Source: Clostridia bacterium (GTDB taxonomy: Bacteria; Bacillota; Clostridia; Oscillospirales; CAG-272). Taken from it: 64,000 nt of DNA. Positions 1 to 12,453 of the stretch are shown in pieces; the first letter of the stretch is position 1; the number at the start of each line of letters is the position of its first letter. The translations under genes and the position numbers were made by a program. The notes below the pieces were generated by a model, which did no database searches, was not told where the DNA came from, and saw only the letters and a list, made by a program, of their open reading frames with translations. The stretch is from assembly GCA_017625935.1 (NCBI GenBank), contig JAGALA010000034.1:18593-82592 (forward strand), written 5' to 3'.

Positions 1-474
1 AGCGGTCAGTATAAGATGAACCACACTGCTCTCGGCTCATACGAAAAGGGTATCAACGAGATTCTCTCCGTTGGCGGTATGACAGTTGAGTGCTTACACG
101 AGATAGGTCAAAGCGGTACAATCTGGTCAACATATACATCGACAAACTCCAAGTTTAAGTATCTTGACCAAACAGGCATTTGGGTATGCTCATATACCGA
201 GCTTATTCAGTATATGAAGGAGCAAATTTACTCCACGGTTGAAACAATTTCACGCAGCGAAAACGAGGTTGTATTTAACATCACCGACACGCTCGATGAC
301 CTTATGTTCAACTACGCTCTTACAGTAGAGGTTGACGTTGACGACTCCTGGACGGCTGACAAAATCACCGCAACGCAAAACGGTGAGGCTGTTGAGTTCT
401 TCTTGGAAAACGGATACGTTTACGTTAACGCAGTTCCCGACAGAGGAAATGTTGTTATCACATACAATGCTTAA
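1..474 (+). CDS. Hypothetical protein, C-terminal part (frame is open to the left window edge)
   Basis: The reading frame has no stop from position 1 to the stop at 472-474. A terminator hairpin follows. The C-terminal beta-rich layout loosely resembles the C-terminus of the CE4 protein at 26757-27716. No catalytic motif was seen. Confidence 0.4.
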   Translation, partial: SGQYKMNHTALGSYEKGINEILSVGGMTVECLHEIGQSGTIWSTYTSTNSKFKYLDQTGIWVCSYTELIQYMKEQIYSTVETISRSENEVVFNITDTLDDLMFNYALTVEVDVDDSWTADKITATQNGEAVEFFLENGYVYVNAVPDRGNVVITYNA

Positions 475-480
475 TACAAA

Positions 481-506
481 AAGGGCTTCAACGAAGCCCT
501 TTTTCC
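481..506 (+). terminator. Rho-independent terminator
   Basis: The stem aagggcttc / gaagccctt has a 3-nt loop and is followed by a T-run. Confidence 0.75.
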
Positions 507-610
507 TTTATCAAATTTTGATATCATAATATCATGATTTCATTAGCAAATTAACGGTATTATTAAGAAAATCAAAAGCCAAGATTTTTCGATTTCACAA
601 TCCGATTTTA

Positions 611-647
611 ACCACAAAAAGCACCGACAATCGGTGCTTTTTGTGGT
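611..647. terminator. Bidirectional stem-loop terminator (17-bp perfect stem)
   Basis: accacaaaaagcaccga-caa-tcggtgctttttgtggt lies between convergent genes. A/T runs sit inside both arms. Confidence 0.7.
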
Positions 648-648
648 G

Positions 649-1584
649 TTATAAACAGGTGTTTCCCATATGTGCTTCGCGTATTTCCGCCTCGATTATT
701 TCGTCCTCTTTTTTGTCGAAAAATTCATTCATACGGCAATAAAGCTTAATGCAGGTGCAATTTTTCGGGCAGCTTTGGCAGTTATACGGGCGCACGGTCA
801 TTCTCTTTTCTATATCTTGAGGGTATAGGCCGCTATTCTCTGTAACATGATAGCTTCTTACCTTTGTCGTTGCGCGCTCAAGACGCTTATCACGTATAAC
901 GAGGTTAATGGCGTCGCTTAATTTACTTGCCCTTTGGTCATCAATTACCGCTATAATTCTGTCAAGGTCGCGGTAATATTTTTTGTTGATGAGCGACTTA
1001 TGCTCCTTAAAATATTCCTCATTCTCGTCGATTTTATGGTTAGCCCTTGCAACGGTTTTTTCGTATTCGTGCGTTAAATGCTCAACCTCATTTTGGTATT
1101 CACGCCACAAAATCGGAAATTCCTTTTCGTTAAACTCCCTGTTTTCCTTATTCGTTTGCAGACGCTTTTTATAAATTTGCCTTGAAATAAACGTATAAGC
1201 AACCTCGGCAGTCATCAAAAACGCAAACGAGGCAACGCCGTATGCGCCGAAAAGCCCGACAACTAAGGCAATTATTGAAAAAATAAGTGTAACAATAGCA
1301 ATAGTAGGCAACAAAAGCGTGATAAGACGCAAAATCCAATAAGCCACCAAGCTAAAGCCGCAAATTGCAACACACAAAAGCAACAAAACGAGAAGCCCGA
1401 CTCTTATCGGTGCTGAGGAAAACGGTTCCTTTTCGTCCTTTATTTCCTTTTGCGTCGGCTTTTTTATGCGAAGGGCAATATACTCGTCCTTGCCTGTCAA
1501 TATATCCTTGTGACTGTCCTTGTATTCCTCAACCTTGTTTGAAAGCTCGTAAAGCTGCTCTCTCAGCTCTGAAATTTCAGGCAT
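649..1584 (-). CDS. Hypothetical membrane protein (coiled-coil N-terminus, 3-4 TM helices, Cys-rich C-terminus)
   Basis: The ORF is 311 aa. A hydrophobic block runs LLVLLLLCVAICGF...FLMTAEVAY. The C-terminal cysteine cluster is CQSCPKNCTCIKLYC. An RBS-like ggggagggg lies upstream of the ATG. Confidence 0.5.
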   Translation of the reverse strand: MPEISELREQLYELSNKVEEYKDSHKDILTGKDEYIALRIKKPTQKEIKDEKEPFSSAPIRVGLLVLLLLCVAICGFSLVAYWILRLITLLLPTIAIVTLIFSIIALVVGLFGAYGVASFAFLMTAEVAYTFISRQIYKKRLQTNKENREFNEKEFPILWREYQNEVEHLTHEYEKTVARANHKIDENEEYFKEHKSLINKKYYRDLDRIIAVIDDQRASKLSDAINLVIRDKRLERATTKVRSYHVTENSGLYPQDIEKRMTVRPYNCQSCPKNCTCIKLYCRMNEFFDKKEDEIIEAEIREAHMGNTCL

Positions 1585-1800
1585 ATTTTCCCCTCCCCCG
1601 TGTCTTATTTTACAGTATTTTTCATCTGTGAATTAATTATATCACCGCACTATTTTATTGTCAATATATGAAAAAGGTCTTTATTTGTAAATTTTTGTTG
1701 TATTTTGTATTTTTGATAAAAGCAACAATATTATTAACATAAAAAGGGGCTGGCTCATTAAGAATCCAGCAAAATCAATAGGCTTCGTCTAAATAACGAC

Positions 1801-1836
1801 AAAAAGCAGAATTTCGTCACGAAATTCTGCTTTTTA
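1801..1836. terminator. Bidirectional terminator
   Basis: The sequence aaaa-agcagaatttcg-tca-cgaaattctgct-ttttt has a perfect 12-bp stem with an A-run and a T-run on either side. Confidence 0.75.
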
Positions 1837-2080
1837 TTCTTAATGAGATGCCCTAATTTAGTCAGAGGGTAGGCAGATTAAGAGCAGAAATCTTCGATTT
1901 TTTATCGTCGCCGTACTTGCGTACGGCAGAGAAAAAATCGGAGATAATAAACCACATATATGAAGAAAAACGGAGTTTTTCAACCTAATTTCTCTTACGG
2001 TTAACGCCTTGTACTATTTTGCGCTTTTTGTGGTTTATGGTTGTGCCTTAATGTGTCACCCTCTTATTTTTTATTTACAA

Positions 2081-2692
2081 TTATGCCTTAAAATATTTCG
2101 CATTCAAAACAAAATAGTTTACGCCCGAAGCAACCGTCATAAACGTCATAAGTGCAAGTGAAATATACGATGCTATCCAAAGCGTATTTACGCCGAAGCC
2201 GATATTTATTGCGTATTCAAGTAAAACTATCAAAATAGCGATAATTTGCGTTACGGTCTTTGCCTTGCCGAAGAAGTTTGCGGGGATAACACCGCCGCCG
2301 CCCTGTGCCGAAACAAGACGTACTGAGGTCACTGCAAGCTCACGGAGCACAACAATTGTTGTCACCCAAAGGAGCACATTTGCAAGCACCTTTTCGTTTA
2401 CGCCCGCGTCGCTCTTGCCGCTTAAGATGAAGAACTTAACGGTAATTGAAATCATTGCCGAGAAAACCATAAATTTATCGGCAAGCGGGTCCATAACCTT
2501 GCCGAAGGTTGTCACAAGATTGTATTTTCTTGCAATCTTGCCATCAAGCATATCGGTAAGTGAGGTGATGCCGAATACTGCCGCCGCGATAAATCCGCAG
2601 GCTGCGGGAAACGGCTCTAAATAAATAAGCACCGAGATGAAAACGGGAACTAAAAGTGCCCTTAAAATTGTTAAAATATTTGGTACGTTCAT
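2081..2692 (-). CDS. pgsA: CDP-diacylglycerol--glycerol-3-phosphate 3-phosphatidyltransferase
   Basis: The CDP-alcohol phosphatidyltransferase motif DMLDGKIARKYNLVTTFGKVMDPLADK is present. The protein has multiple TM helices. A strong RBS (aaggag) precedes the start. Confidence 0.85.
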   Translation of the reverse strand: MNVPNILTILRALLVPVFISVLIYLEPFPAACGFIAAAVFGITSLTDMLDGKIARKYNLVTTFGKVMDPLADKFMVFSAMISITVKFFILSGKSDAGVNEKVLANVLLWVTTIVVLRELAVTSVRLVSAQGGGGVIPANFFGKAKTVTQIIAILIVLLEYAINIGFGVNTLWIASYISLALMTFMTVASGVNYFVLNAKYFKA

Positions 2693-2753
2693 TTTTTCTC
2701 CTTACTCGGAAGGTGTAATTATTAAAAATACATCTTACCGTATTATAAATAAG

Positions 2754-4079
2754 CTATATTTCCTTTGCCAAAAAATCAAAATCGTCAAGCACCTCGACAA
2801 TCTTAACCTTGACAAAATCGCCTGCCCTGTGTCGTTTTTTGGCGGTAAAAAATATTTTTCCGTCAATATCGGGGGCGTCGTGCTCACTTCTTGCCACGTA
2901 GATTTTTTCTGCTGTGTCGTAGCCCTCGCAAAGCACGGTAATTTTCTTGCCGAGTCGGTTTTCGTTATATTCCTCTATAACGGATAGCTGCTCGCGCATT
3001 AAAATATCATATCTGTCCTGCTTCACCTGCTCGTCTATTTGATCGGGCAAATTGTATGCAGGAGTGTCCTCCTCGCGCGAATAGGTAAACGCGCCGAAGC
3101 GGTCAAATTTCACCTCACGGATGAACTCGCAAAGCTCGTTAAAATTATCCTCGCTCTCACCCGGGAAGCCTACAATCGCCGTTGAGCGAATTGCAATTCC
3201 CTCAATCTCGCGTAGCTTTTTCATTACCTCGCGCACTAATTTTCCGTCACCGCGCCTGTTCATTTTTTTAAGCACGGAGTCGCTGATGTGCTGCACGGGA
3301 ATGTCTATGTACTTAACGAGCTTTTCGTTTGTTTTCAGCTCGTTTATAAGCTCAGGCGTTATCTTATCGGGATAGCAGTATAAAATGCGAAGCCAAGCAA
3401 CGTCAGTTTCCTTAGCCAAGCGCGAAAGCAGCTCGTGCAGCTTATATTCGCCGTAAATATCAACGCCGTAGGCGGTTGTATCCTGACCTATAACTATAAG
3501 CTCCTTTATGCCCATTGAAACGAGTGACCTTGCTTCCTCAATAATTTCGTCCATAGGACGCGAGCGGAATTTTCCGCGAATAAGCGGTATTGCACAGTAG
3601 GTGCAGCGGTTGTTACAGCCCTCGGAAATTTTAAGGTAGGCGTATGCTTTGTCCTCAGTCAAAACTGCTCTGTCGCCGCCGAGCGCTACCTCATTTTTGT
3701 CCTTATATTCCGAAAAGCGCTCGCCATTCTCCACCTTTTTAACGGCATCTACGATAGAATGCACGCTTCCCGTACCGAGCACCGCGTCAATTTCGGGAAA
3801 CTCGGTGAGCAATTCGTCGCGGTATCGCTCTGCCAAGCAGCCCGTTACCACAATGCCCTTTAAATTTGCGTTTTCCTTTAGCCAAGCAATATCTAAAATA
3901 TTGTCGATTGACTCCTTTTTTGCATCGTTTATAAATGCGCAGGTGTTTATTATAACAATATCTGCCTCGGTTGGCTCAGGCGTGATTTCATATTCCGCCT
4001 TAAAAAGGTGAGCGAGCATAACCTCGGTATCGAGCTGATTTTTCGGACAACCAAGTGAAACAAAGCCGATTTTACTCAT
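2754..4079 (-). CDS. rimO: Ribosomal protein S12 methylthiotransferase (MiaB-family radical SAM with TRAM domain)
   Basis: The N-terminus is SLGCPKNQLDTE. The radical SAM motif is CNNRCTYCAIP. A TRAM-like C-terminus is present. The protein is 441 aa and sits next to pgsA, as is common in Firmicutes. Confidence 0.8.
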   Translation of the reverse strand: MSKIGFVSLGCPKNQLDTEVMLAHLFKAEYEITPEPTEADIVIINTCAFINDAKKESIDNILDIAWLKENANLKGIVVTGCLAERYRDELLTEFPEIDAVLGTGSVHSIVDAVKKVENGERFSEYKDKNEVALGGDRAVLTEDKAYAYLKISEGCNNRCTYCAIPLIRGKFRSRPMDEIIEEARSLVSMGIKELIVIGQDTTAYGVDIYGEYKLHELLSRLAKETDVAWLRILYCYPDKITPELINELKTNEKLVKYIDIPVQHISDSVLKKMNRRGDGKLVREVMKKLREIEGIAIRSTAIVGFPGESEDNFNELCEFIREVKFDRFGAFTYSREEDTPAYNLPDQIDEQVKQDRYDILMREQLSVIEEYNENRLGKKITVLCEGYDTAEKIYVARSEHDAPDIDGKIFFTAKKRHRAGDFVKVKIVEVLDDFDFLAKEI

Positions 4080-4728
4080 CTTGTCCCTTGCTCCTGTCTA
4101 TTGCGATTTTTATGCCCTCTTTGATTTCTCCAATGTTGTAGCCGTAGCGAAGGAGCGCGCCCATCATCTTCTTTACATCGTCGGAGTTACCCGAAAGCGG
4201 CATAAATTTGTTTTCGATAATGTAAGCACAGTTTTGTGCAAAGTTGACCTTTTCAAGGTTTTTCTTTACAAACTCCTGCACGTCCTCACGCTGATAGCCG
4301 TGGGCAACGAGCTCGTTTATAATTTTAAGCTTGCCATATTTCTTTTTAAGGTAGTTTTGGCAAAGAAGCTTAATTTGCTTTTTCTCGTCTATATAACCTC
4401 TGTGCTCCATATAAATTGCAACGTTTTTGCAAAGCTCGTAGGAATAGCCGCGAGCCTGAAGCTTGGTTACAAGCGCTTTTTTATTATTTTCACCGCAGGA
4501 AAGAATAGAAAATGCCGCGCGGCGAGCGTTGTCAAACAGCATTTCCTCTCTGATTTCAAGAAAATGCTTATCATATATTATCTCGCCCTCTTCAATGTCA
4601 AATCTTTCGTACTGCTCATTTGAAACAAGCATTTCAAAAACAGTGCCCATATTTGATTTTATACAAAAAATTCTGCCCGCAGGTGTTTTTTTGATTTTTT
4701 CTACCTTGTAATAGATTTCGTTTTCCAT
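4072..4728 (-). CDS. recX: RecA regulator RecX
   Basis: The gene lies immediately downstream of recA. Repeated helical RecX-type modules are present (LQARGYSYE..., LVAHGYQRED..., LLRYGYNIGE). Confidence 0.75.
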   Translation of the reverse strand: MENEIYYKVEKIKKTPAGRIFCIKSNMGTVFEMLVSNEQYERFDIEEGEIIYDKHFLEIREEMLFDNARRAAFSILSCGENNKKALVTKLQARGYSYELCKNVAIYMEHRGYIDEKKQIKLLCQNYLKKKYGKLKIINELVAHGYQREDVQEFVKKNLEKVNFAQNCAYIIENKFMPLSGNSDDVKKMMGALLRYGYNIGEIKEGIKIAIDRSKGQDE

Positions 4729-4731
4729 ATT

Positions 4732-5835
4732 TTAATCCAAATTAAGTGAATCGAGGTCGAAATCGTCGCTATCGATGTCGAAGTCCTCATCTGGTGTGGC
4801 TTCTTGGTTTGATAATTTTTCCTTGATTTTTTCTTCAAGGACGCTCATAAGCTCCGGGTTGTCCTCAAAATATTTTCTTGCGTTGTCCTTGCCCTGTGCA
4901 ATCTTTGAGCCCTCGTATGAGAACCAAGAGCCACTCTTCAAAACAAGTCCAAGCTCAATTGCAATGTCGATAATCTCGGAGGATTTTGAAATACCCTTGC
5001 CGTAAATCATATCGAATTCGGCAACCGTGAACGGTGGCGCAACCTTATTTTTAACAACCTTGCATTTTACGTGGTTACCGTATGCAACGGTGCCGTTTTT
5101 AAGGGTGTCCGCCTTTCTTACGTCAATTCTTACCGACGCGTAGAACTTAAGCGCACGTCCGCCAGTTGTTGTTTCGGGGTTTCCGTACATTACGTTTAAT
5201 TTTTCACGAAGCTGGTTGATAAAAATTACAATACAGTTTGTCTTTGCAATAGCGCCCGAGAGCTTTCTTAGTGCCTGTGACATAAGGCGCGCCTGAAGTC
5301 CCATATGAGAATCTCCCATTGAGCCCTCAATTTCCTGTCTTGGAACAAGCGCCGCAACGGAGTCAACAACTATAATATCAACCGCACCCGAGGAAACGAG
5401 CTTTTCCGTAATTTCAAGCGCCTGCTCACCGTTATCGGGCTGAGAAACTAAAAGCTCGTCAATATTAACGCCTATTGCCTTTGCATATACGGGGTCAAGT
5501 GCGTGCTCCGCATCGATAAATGCCGCTGTGCCGCCAAGCTTTTGGCTCTCGGCAACCGCGTGAAGCGCAATAGTTGTTTTACCCGAGGATTCAGGACCGT
5601 AAATTTCTATAATTCTGCCCTTTGGAAGTCCGCCAACGCCAAGTGCCAAGTCAAGCGTTAATGAGCCTGTTGAAATAGCTCCTATTTGAATATCTGCCTT
5701 ATCGCCAAGGCGTCTTATCGACTCCTCGCCGCATTCCTTTTTTATTTGTGAGAGCGCGGTTTCAAGTGCCTTTTTCTTTTCCTGGTCATTTGTTACCATC
5801 TCTGCCTTCGTTACCTTTGTAGCCTTTTTTGCCAT
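4732..5835 (-). CDS. recA: Recombinase RecA
   Basis: The Walker A motif GPESSGKTT and the canonical RecA core are present. The start was chosen at MAKKATK (ATG at 5835) because it is preceded by a GGAG RBS. The longer ORF to 5883 lacks an RBS. Confidence 0.95.
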   Translation of the reverse strand: MAKKATKVTKAEMVTNDQEKKKALETALSQIKKECGEESIRRLGDKADIQIGAISTGSLTLDLALGVGGLPKGRIIEIYGPESSGKTTIALHAVAESQKLGGTAAFIDAEHALDPVYAKAIGVNIDELLVSQPDNGEQALEITEKLVSSGAVDIIVVDSVAALVPRQEIEGSMGDSHMGLQARLMSQALRKLSGAIAKTNCIVIFINQLREKLNVMYGNPETTTGGRALKFYASVRIDVRKADTLKNGTVAYGNHVKCKVVKNKVAPPFTVAEFDMIYGKGISKSSEIIDIAIELGLVLKSGSWFSYEGSKIAQGKDNARKYFEDNPELMSVLEEKIKEKLSNQEATPDEDFDIDSDDFDLDSLNLD

Positions 5836-5863
5836 TATTTTCTCCTTCAAAATGGATTTAATT

Positions 5864-6487
5864 TCAATACGTCGGTGAGTCAATTCGCCAACCGTTTTCC
5901 TCTAAAATGAGCGTAACCAAAATTGTTTGCTCGCCGCCTAAGGAGGTTACGTACGCCTCTATAAAGCGCCTTGAAATTTTCTTAATTTCAATAGTTGAGG
6001 TATCGTATTTTAAAACGTCAATGCTAAAATAGCCGTCATCAAGCTTTTCTCCGTCTATGCTTTCACCGTGAACGGTTTTTTCCTTCAGCACCAAAAAGCC
6101 CTGATTGTTTTCGATGTAGCGCGCGGGCACACCCGTGCCGCCGACTGCGCCGCTTTGTCCCTCAAACGCGGTATTTTTCATAGTGGTTGAATACTTAACC
6201 GAGAACACCTTGCCAATAGCAACCTCGATATCGTATATTGAGTTATACTTATCGTTTTCCTTAACAAGCGCGTATCTTGTGTTTTTTGATTCCTCGGTTT
6301 CGATATATTCAAGCCCTTCTCCAAAAACGATTTCATTAAGCTCGTAGGATGCGTCAACTAATTCAGCAACCTTCAAGGTTGCCTCCTCCTCAGTGAGCTT
6401 TTTCTGACAGCCTGTCAGCCCAAGTACAAATATAAATACAAGGGCTATACAAGCTAATCTTATTGAATTTTTATTTATTTTTGTCAT
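5864..6487 (-). CDS. Hypothetical lipoprotein
   Basis: A signal peptide with the lipobox LGLTGC is present. The ATG at 6487 has a GAGG RBS. The TTG at 6499 used by the ORF track is less likely. Confidence 0.6.
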   Translation of the reverse strand: MTKINKNSIRLACIALVFIFVLGLTGCQKKLTEEEATLKVAELVDASYELNEIVFGEGLEYIETEESKNTRYALVKENDKYNSIYDIEVAIGKVFSVKYSTTMKNTAFEGQSGAVGGTGVPARYIENNQGFLVLKEKTVHGESIDGEKLDDGYFSIDVLKYDTSTIEIKKISRRFIEAYVTSLGGEQTILVTLILEENGWRIDSPTY

Positions 6488-6501
6488 CGCTTGCCTCAAA
6501 T

Positions 6502-9075
6502 TTATTCATTTTCGGCGGGGGGAGTGTCTGTTTTTTCGTTATTTTCGGTTACTTGCTCGCTTACCTCGGCAGTCTCGTTTACCTCTTGCGCGTTTTCTGT
6601 ACCGTCAAATACTGCCTCGTTTTCCTCATCGTCTTCCTTGTCAACAAGAGTTGTGTTTGCAACAATTGCACCGTCGTCAAGACGCATAATCTTAACGCCC
6701 GTTGTGCTTCTCTTGTATGTTGGGATAACGTCAGTTGCGGTTCTTATGATAACACCCTCGTTTGTAATAACCATTACGTCCTTGTTATCGTCAACACACG
6801 CAATAGATGCAAGCTTACCTGTCTTTTCGCTGATATTATGAGCAATAACACCCATTATGCCGCGGTTTCTCGGCTCAAACTCGTCAAAGAAGCTCTTCTT
6901 TCCGTAGCCGTTTTCGGTAATTGTAAGAAGCTGCTTGTCATTATCAACGATAACCGCGCCGCAAACTATATCACCTGCGCGAAGGTCAATTCCGCGTACT
7001 CCGCGCGCGGTTCTGCCAACCACGTTAACCTTGTTTTCGTCAAAGCGCGCGCCGTAGCCGTTCTTTGTAGCAATAAGAATATGCTTTGTGCCGTCTGTGT
7101 GGCCAACGAAAATGAGCCTGTCGCCCTCGTCAAGATTAATGGCAATCTTACCGCCCTTGCGCTGATATTCGTATTCCGCGATATCCGTACGCTTGATTAC
7201 ACCCTTTTCCGTAACCATAGTGAGGTACTCGCCGTGTATGAACTCGGAAAGCGTTACCATAGCCGTTACGCGCTCACCCTTTTCAATTTCGATAAGGTTG
7301 ATGATATTAGAGCCCTTTGCGGTTCTTGATGCCTCGGGAATTCTATATACCTTACGCACGAAGATTTTACCGCTGTCGGTAAACATAAGCAAATAATCGT
7401 GGCTGTTTGCAACGAGAACCTTTTCAATAAAGTCCTCTTCCTTGGTGTGCATAGCGATAAGTCCCTTGCCGCCGCGTCTTTGTGCGGAGTAGGTATCTGC
7501 GGGAATTCTCTTGATATATCCCGAATTTGTAAGCGTGATTACACACTCGTGACGCTCGATAAGATCCTCAATGTCGATTTCTTCCTCACTGTCGATTATT
7601 TCGGTGCGGCGGTTATCGGCAAATTTTCTCTTAATCTCGGAAAGCTCGTCCTTGATAAGTGATTTAAGCTTACCCTCGTTTGTAATAATCTCGTTTAATT
7701 CCTTAATTGTTTCTTGGAGCTTGAGTAAGCGCTCCTCAATCTTTTGACGCTCAAGACCTGAAAGACGGCCGAGTGTCATCTCAACAATTGCCTGTGCCTG
7801 CTCGTCGGACAGACAGAAGGTTTCCTTTAATTTTTCCTTTGCCTCGGGTGTGCTTGCACTTCCTCTGATTATTGAAATAATCTCGTCAATATTGTCAAGT
7901 GCAATCTTGTAGCCCTCGTAGATATGCTCCTCTGCCTTTGCCTTTGCAAGCTCAAACTTTGTACGGCGGAGCACAACCTCCTCTTGGAATTCAACGTAGT
8001 TTTCAAGCACCTGCTTTAAATTAAGCGTCTTTGGCTCACCCTTAACGAGTGCAAGCATATTAACCGCGCAGGTATCCTGAAGCTGTGTATTCTTGTATAG
8101 AGTATTTAATATAATTTGCGCGTTTGCATCACGCTTATATTCAATTACTATTCTCATACCGGCTCTGCCCGATTCATCACGGATGCCCGAGATGCCCTCA
8201 ACGCGCTTTTCCTTAACAAGGTCGGCAATTCTTTCAACCAATTGGCTCTTATTTACCATATAAGGAATTTCGGTAATGATAATACGGTGGTGGTCCTCCT
8301 CAATTTTTGCTTTTGAGCGAACCATAACACGACCGTGTCCCGTTTCGTATGCGTCAATTATACCGCGCTTGCCGTAAATTGTCGCGCTTGTCGGAAAATC
8401 GGGACCCTTGATATATTCCATAAGGTCGGCAACCGTGCAGTCGGGGTTGTCAATTAAGTGAATTGTACCGTCGATAACCTCACCGAGATTGTGTGGCGGC
8501 ACGTTTGTTGCCATACCTACCGCAATACCAACGCTGCCGTTTACCAAGAAGTTTGGAAAACGGGAAGGAAGCACGGTTGGCTCCTTACGCGAGTTATCAA
8601 AGTTAGGAACGAAGTCAACAACGTCCTTTTCAATATCGCTCATAAGCTCGTTTGCGAGCTTTGACATTCTTGCCTCGGTATAACGGTAAGCAGCCGCGCC
8701 GTCACCGTCAACGTTACCGAAGTTTCCGTGTCCGTCAACAAGTGGATATCTGAGTGAGAACGGCTGTGCCATTCTAACCATAGTACCGTAAACGGACTGG
8801 TCGCCGTGCGGATGGTATCTACCAAGCACGTTACCAACCGTTGTCGCCGATTTTCTAAACGGCTTGTCGCTTGTTAGGTGGTCCTCATACATCGCGTACA
8901 TAACGCGTCTTTGTCCGGGCTTCATACCGTCGCGCACGTCGGGGAGCGCACGGGAAACGATAACCGACATTGAATATTCCAAAAATGCCTCGGGCACTCT
9001 TGATTCAATACTTCTGCCGACTATCATTTGCTCGGTATTTTCATAATCCAATTGATTTATATCTTTTTCACTCAT
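6502..9075 (-). CDS. gyrA: DNA gyrase subunit A
   Basis: The protein is 857 aa. The active-site region is AAAYRYTEARMS, followed by the C-terminal beta-pinwheel repeats. The gene is adjacent to gyrB. Confidence 0.97.
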   Translation of the reverse strand: MSEKDINQLDYENTEQMIVGRSIESRVPEAFLEYSMSVIVSRALPDVRDGMKPGQRRVMYAMYEDHLTSDKPFRKSATTVGNVLGRYHPHGDQSVYGTMVRMAQPFSLRYPLVDGHGNFGNVDGDGAAAYRYTEARMSKLANELMSDIEKDVVDFVPNFDNSRKEPTVLPSRFPNFLVNGSVGIAVGMATNVPPHNLGEVIDGTIHLIDNPDCTVADLMEYIKGPDFPTSATIYGKRGIIDAYETGHGRVMVRSKAKIEEDHHRIIITEIPYMVNKSQLVERIADLVKEKRVEGISGIRDESGRAGMRIVIEYKRDANAQIILNTLYKNTQLQDTCAVNMLALVKGEPKTLNLKQVLENYVEFQEEVVLRRTKFELAKAKAEEHIYEGYKIALDNIDEIISIIRGSASTPEAKEKLKETFCLSDEQAQAIVEMTLGRLSGLERQKIEERLLKLQETIKELNEIITNEGKLKSLIKDELSEIKRKFADNRRTEIIDSEEEIDIEDLIERHECVITLTNSGYIKRIPADTYSAQRRGGKGLIAMHTKEEDFIEKVLVANSHDYLLMFTDSGKIFVRKVYRIPEASRTAKGSNIINLIEIEKGERVTAMVTLSEFIHGEYLTMVTEKGVIKRTDIAEYEYQRKGGKIAINLDEGDRLIFVGHTDGTKHILIATKNGYGARFDENKVNVVGRTARGVRGIDLRAGDIVCGAVIVDNDKQLLTITENGYGKKSFFDEFEPRNRGIMGVIAHNISEKTGKLASIACVDDNKDVMVITNEGVIIRTATDVIPTYKRSTTGVKIMRLDDGAIVANTTLVDKEDDEENEAVFDGTENAQEVNETAEVSEQVTENNEKTDTPPAENE

Positions 9076-9106
9076 CTTATTTTCTCCGCAATCCTATTTC
9101 GATTGA

Positions 9107-11044
<1,938 letters not shown>

Positions 11045-11049
11045 CTATT

Positions 11050-11280
11050 TTAGCCCTTTATTATTGATGAGGTATTAAGTGGGGATAGATATACCTCGCC
11101 GTGTGTCATTACAATAAATGATTTTGGAAGCTCATAGGAAAGAGTAACTACTCTTTTTTCCTTTTGCGCTATACTTAAAAAGCTTCTTGTATTTTTTGAA
11201 ACGGTGGCTGAGTCAAGGTCGAATATGCCTAAAATCATAGATTTTTTCACAACCTTGTTGTTTCCTATATGTAAGTACAT
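11050..11280 (-). CDS. remB: DUF370-family small protein (RemB/YaaB-like)
   Basis: The protein is 76 aa. It occupies the conserved position between recF and gyrB seen in Firmicutes origin regions. Confidence 0.6.
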   Translation of the reverse strand: MYLHIGNNKVVKKSMILGIFDLDSATVSKNTRSFLSIAQKEKRVVTLSYELPKSFIVMTHGEVYLSPLNTSSIIKG

Positions 11281-12453
11281 TTAAAGCTCCGTTTCAGGCG
11301 AAATTTCGCCGTTTTCAGACTCTTGGGAATAAATACATTCATTTAGTATTTCGCCCTTTTTTCCGTCCTTAATATTTATAAAGTGACAGCATTCGTTATT
11401 TTCAAAAACGCTTCTGTCACAGGCGGTTATAATAACCTGTCTGTTCTTAATATTTGATAAAATATATTTCTTTCGTGAGTCGTCAAGCTCGGATAGCACG
11501 TCATCAAAAAGGAACACGGGGTATTCACCCTTCGACTCACGGCTGATCTCGCCCTCTGCCATTTTCATTGCCAAGGCAAGCGAGCGCTGCTGACCCTGTG
11601 AGGAATAAAGGCGTGAATCCCGTCCGTTTATCTCAATTTTTAAGTCGTCCTTATGGATTCCGAAAAGCGTCGCGCCGTATTTATACTCCCTTTCCTTATA
11701 GTCGGTTAAAAGATGCAAATATCTTTGCTTCAACGCTTCTCTGTTTTCAAAATCCTCCTCGCCGCCGTTTGACTCGTAGGTGATTTTCGGCACCTCGCGC
11801 CCATCGGTCATTTCGTTAAAGAAAATTTTAACCCAATAGTCGAGCTTTTTTATATATTCGTTTCTTATATCGGCAATATCGGCGCAAAGCGAGGCAAGCT
11901 CCTCACTGTAAACGTCAATCAAAGCCTCATTTGCTTCCCTTTCCTGTGGGTTCATCTTTATTATCGTGTTTCTTTCCTCTAAAACCTGATTGTATCTTGT
12001 CATCATCTTAAGATAAACGGGCCTTAGCTGAGAAATTGCCACGTCAATAAATTTTCTTCTCACAGACGGCGCATCCTTTATAATACCGAGGTGCGACGGA
12101 CAGAACAAAACCGCACGGAATTCACCTATTATCTCCGAGGTTTTATTAACCTTTACGTTATTACGGTAGAATTTCTTCGACTGTGACTTTGAAATTTCAA
12201 CGCCCAAGCGCGTTTCTTCATCCCTTGACTTAAAGTCCATCTTGGCATAGGCAACATTACTGTCGAAATTTACAAGCTCCTTATCCTTAAAAGCACGGAA
12301 GCTCTTTCCCCTTGCAAAGAGGTAAATTCCCTCTAAAATATTCGTCTTGCCCTGCGCGTTTTCACCGTAAATAACGTTTATTCCGTCACTGAACTCGATA
12401 ATCTCACTTTCAATATTACGAAACGAGTTAAATTCAATTTTAGTAACGTTCAT
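11281..12453 (-). CDS. recF: DNA replication and repair protein RecF
   Basis: The Walker A motif is GENAQGKTN. An SMC-like signature and Walker B (LFDDVLSELD) are present. The ATG overlaps the dnaN stop. Confidence 0.93.
   Translation of the reverse strand: MNVTKIEFNSFRNIESEIIEFSDGINVIYGENAQGKTNILEGIYLFARGKSFRAFKDKELVNFDSNVAYAKMDFKSRDEETRLGVEISKSQSKKFYRNNVKVNKTSEIIGEFRAVLFCPSHLGIIKDAPSVRRKFIDVAISQLRPVYLKMMTRYNQVLEERNTIIKMNPQEREANEALIDVYSEELASLCADIADIRNEYIKKLDYWVKIFFNEMTDGREVPKITYESNGGEEDFENREALKQRYLHLLTDYKEREYKYGATLFGIHKDDLKIEINGRDSRLYSSQGQQRSLALAMKMAEGEISRESKGEYPVFLFDDVLSELDDSRKKYILSNIKNRQVIITACDRSVFENNECCHFINIKDGKKGEILNECIYSQESENGEISPETEL

Noticed and set aside
6463-7329. A 288-aa plus-strand ORF, and several other plus-strand ORFs within 6491-9320.
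   Set aside because: They are antisense shadow ORFs inside gyrA. They have low-complexity, Cys/Val-rich composition, no RBS, and the opposite strand encodes an unmistakable GyrA.
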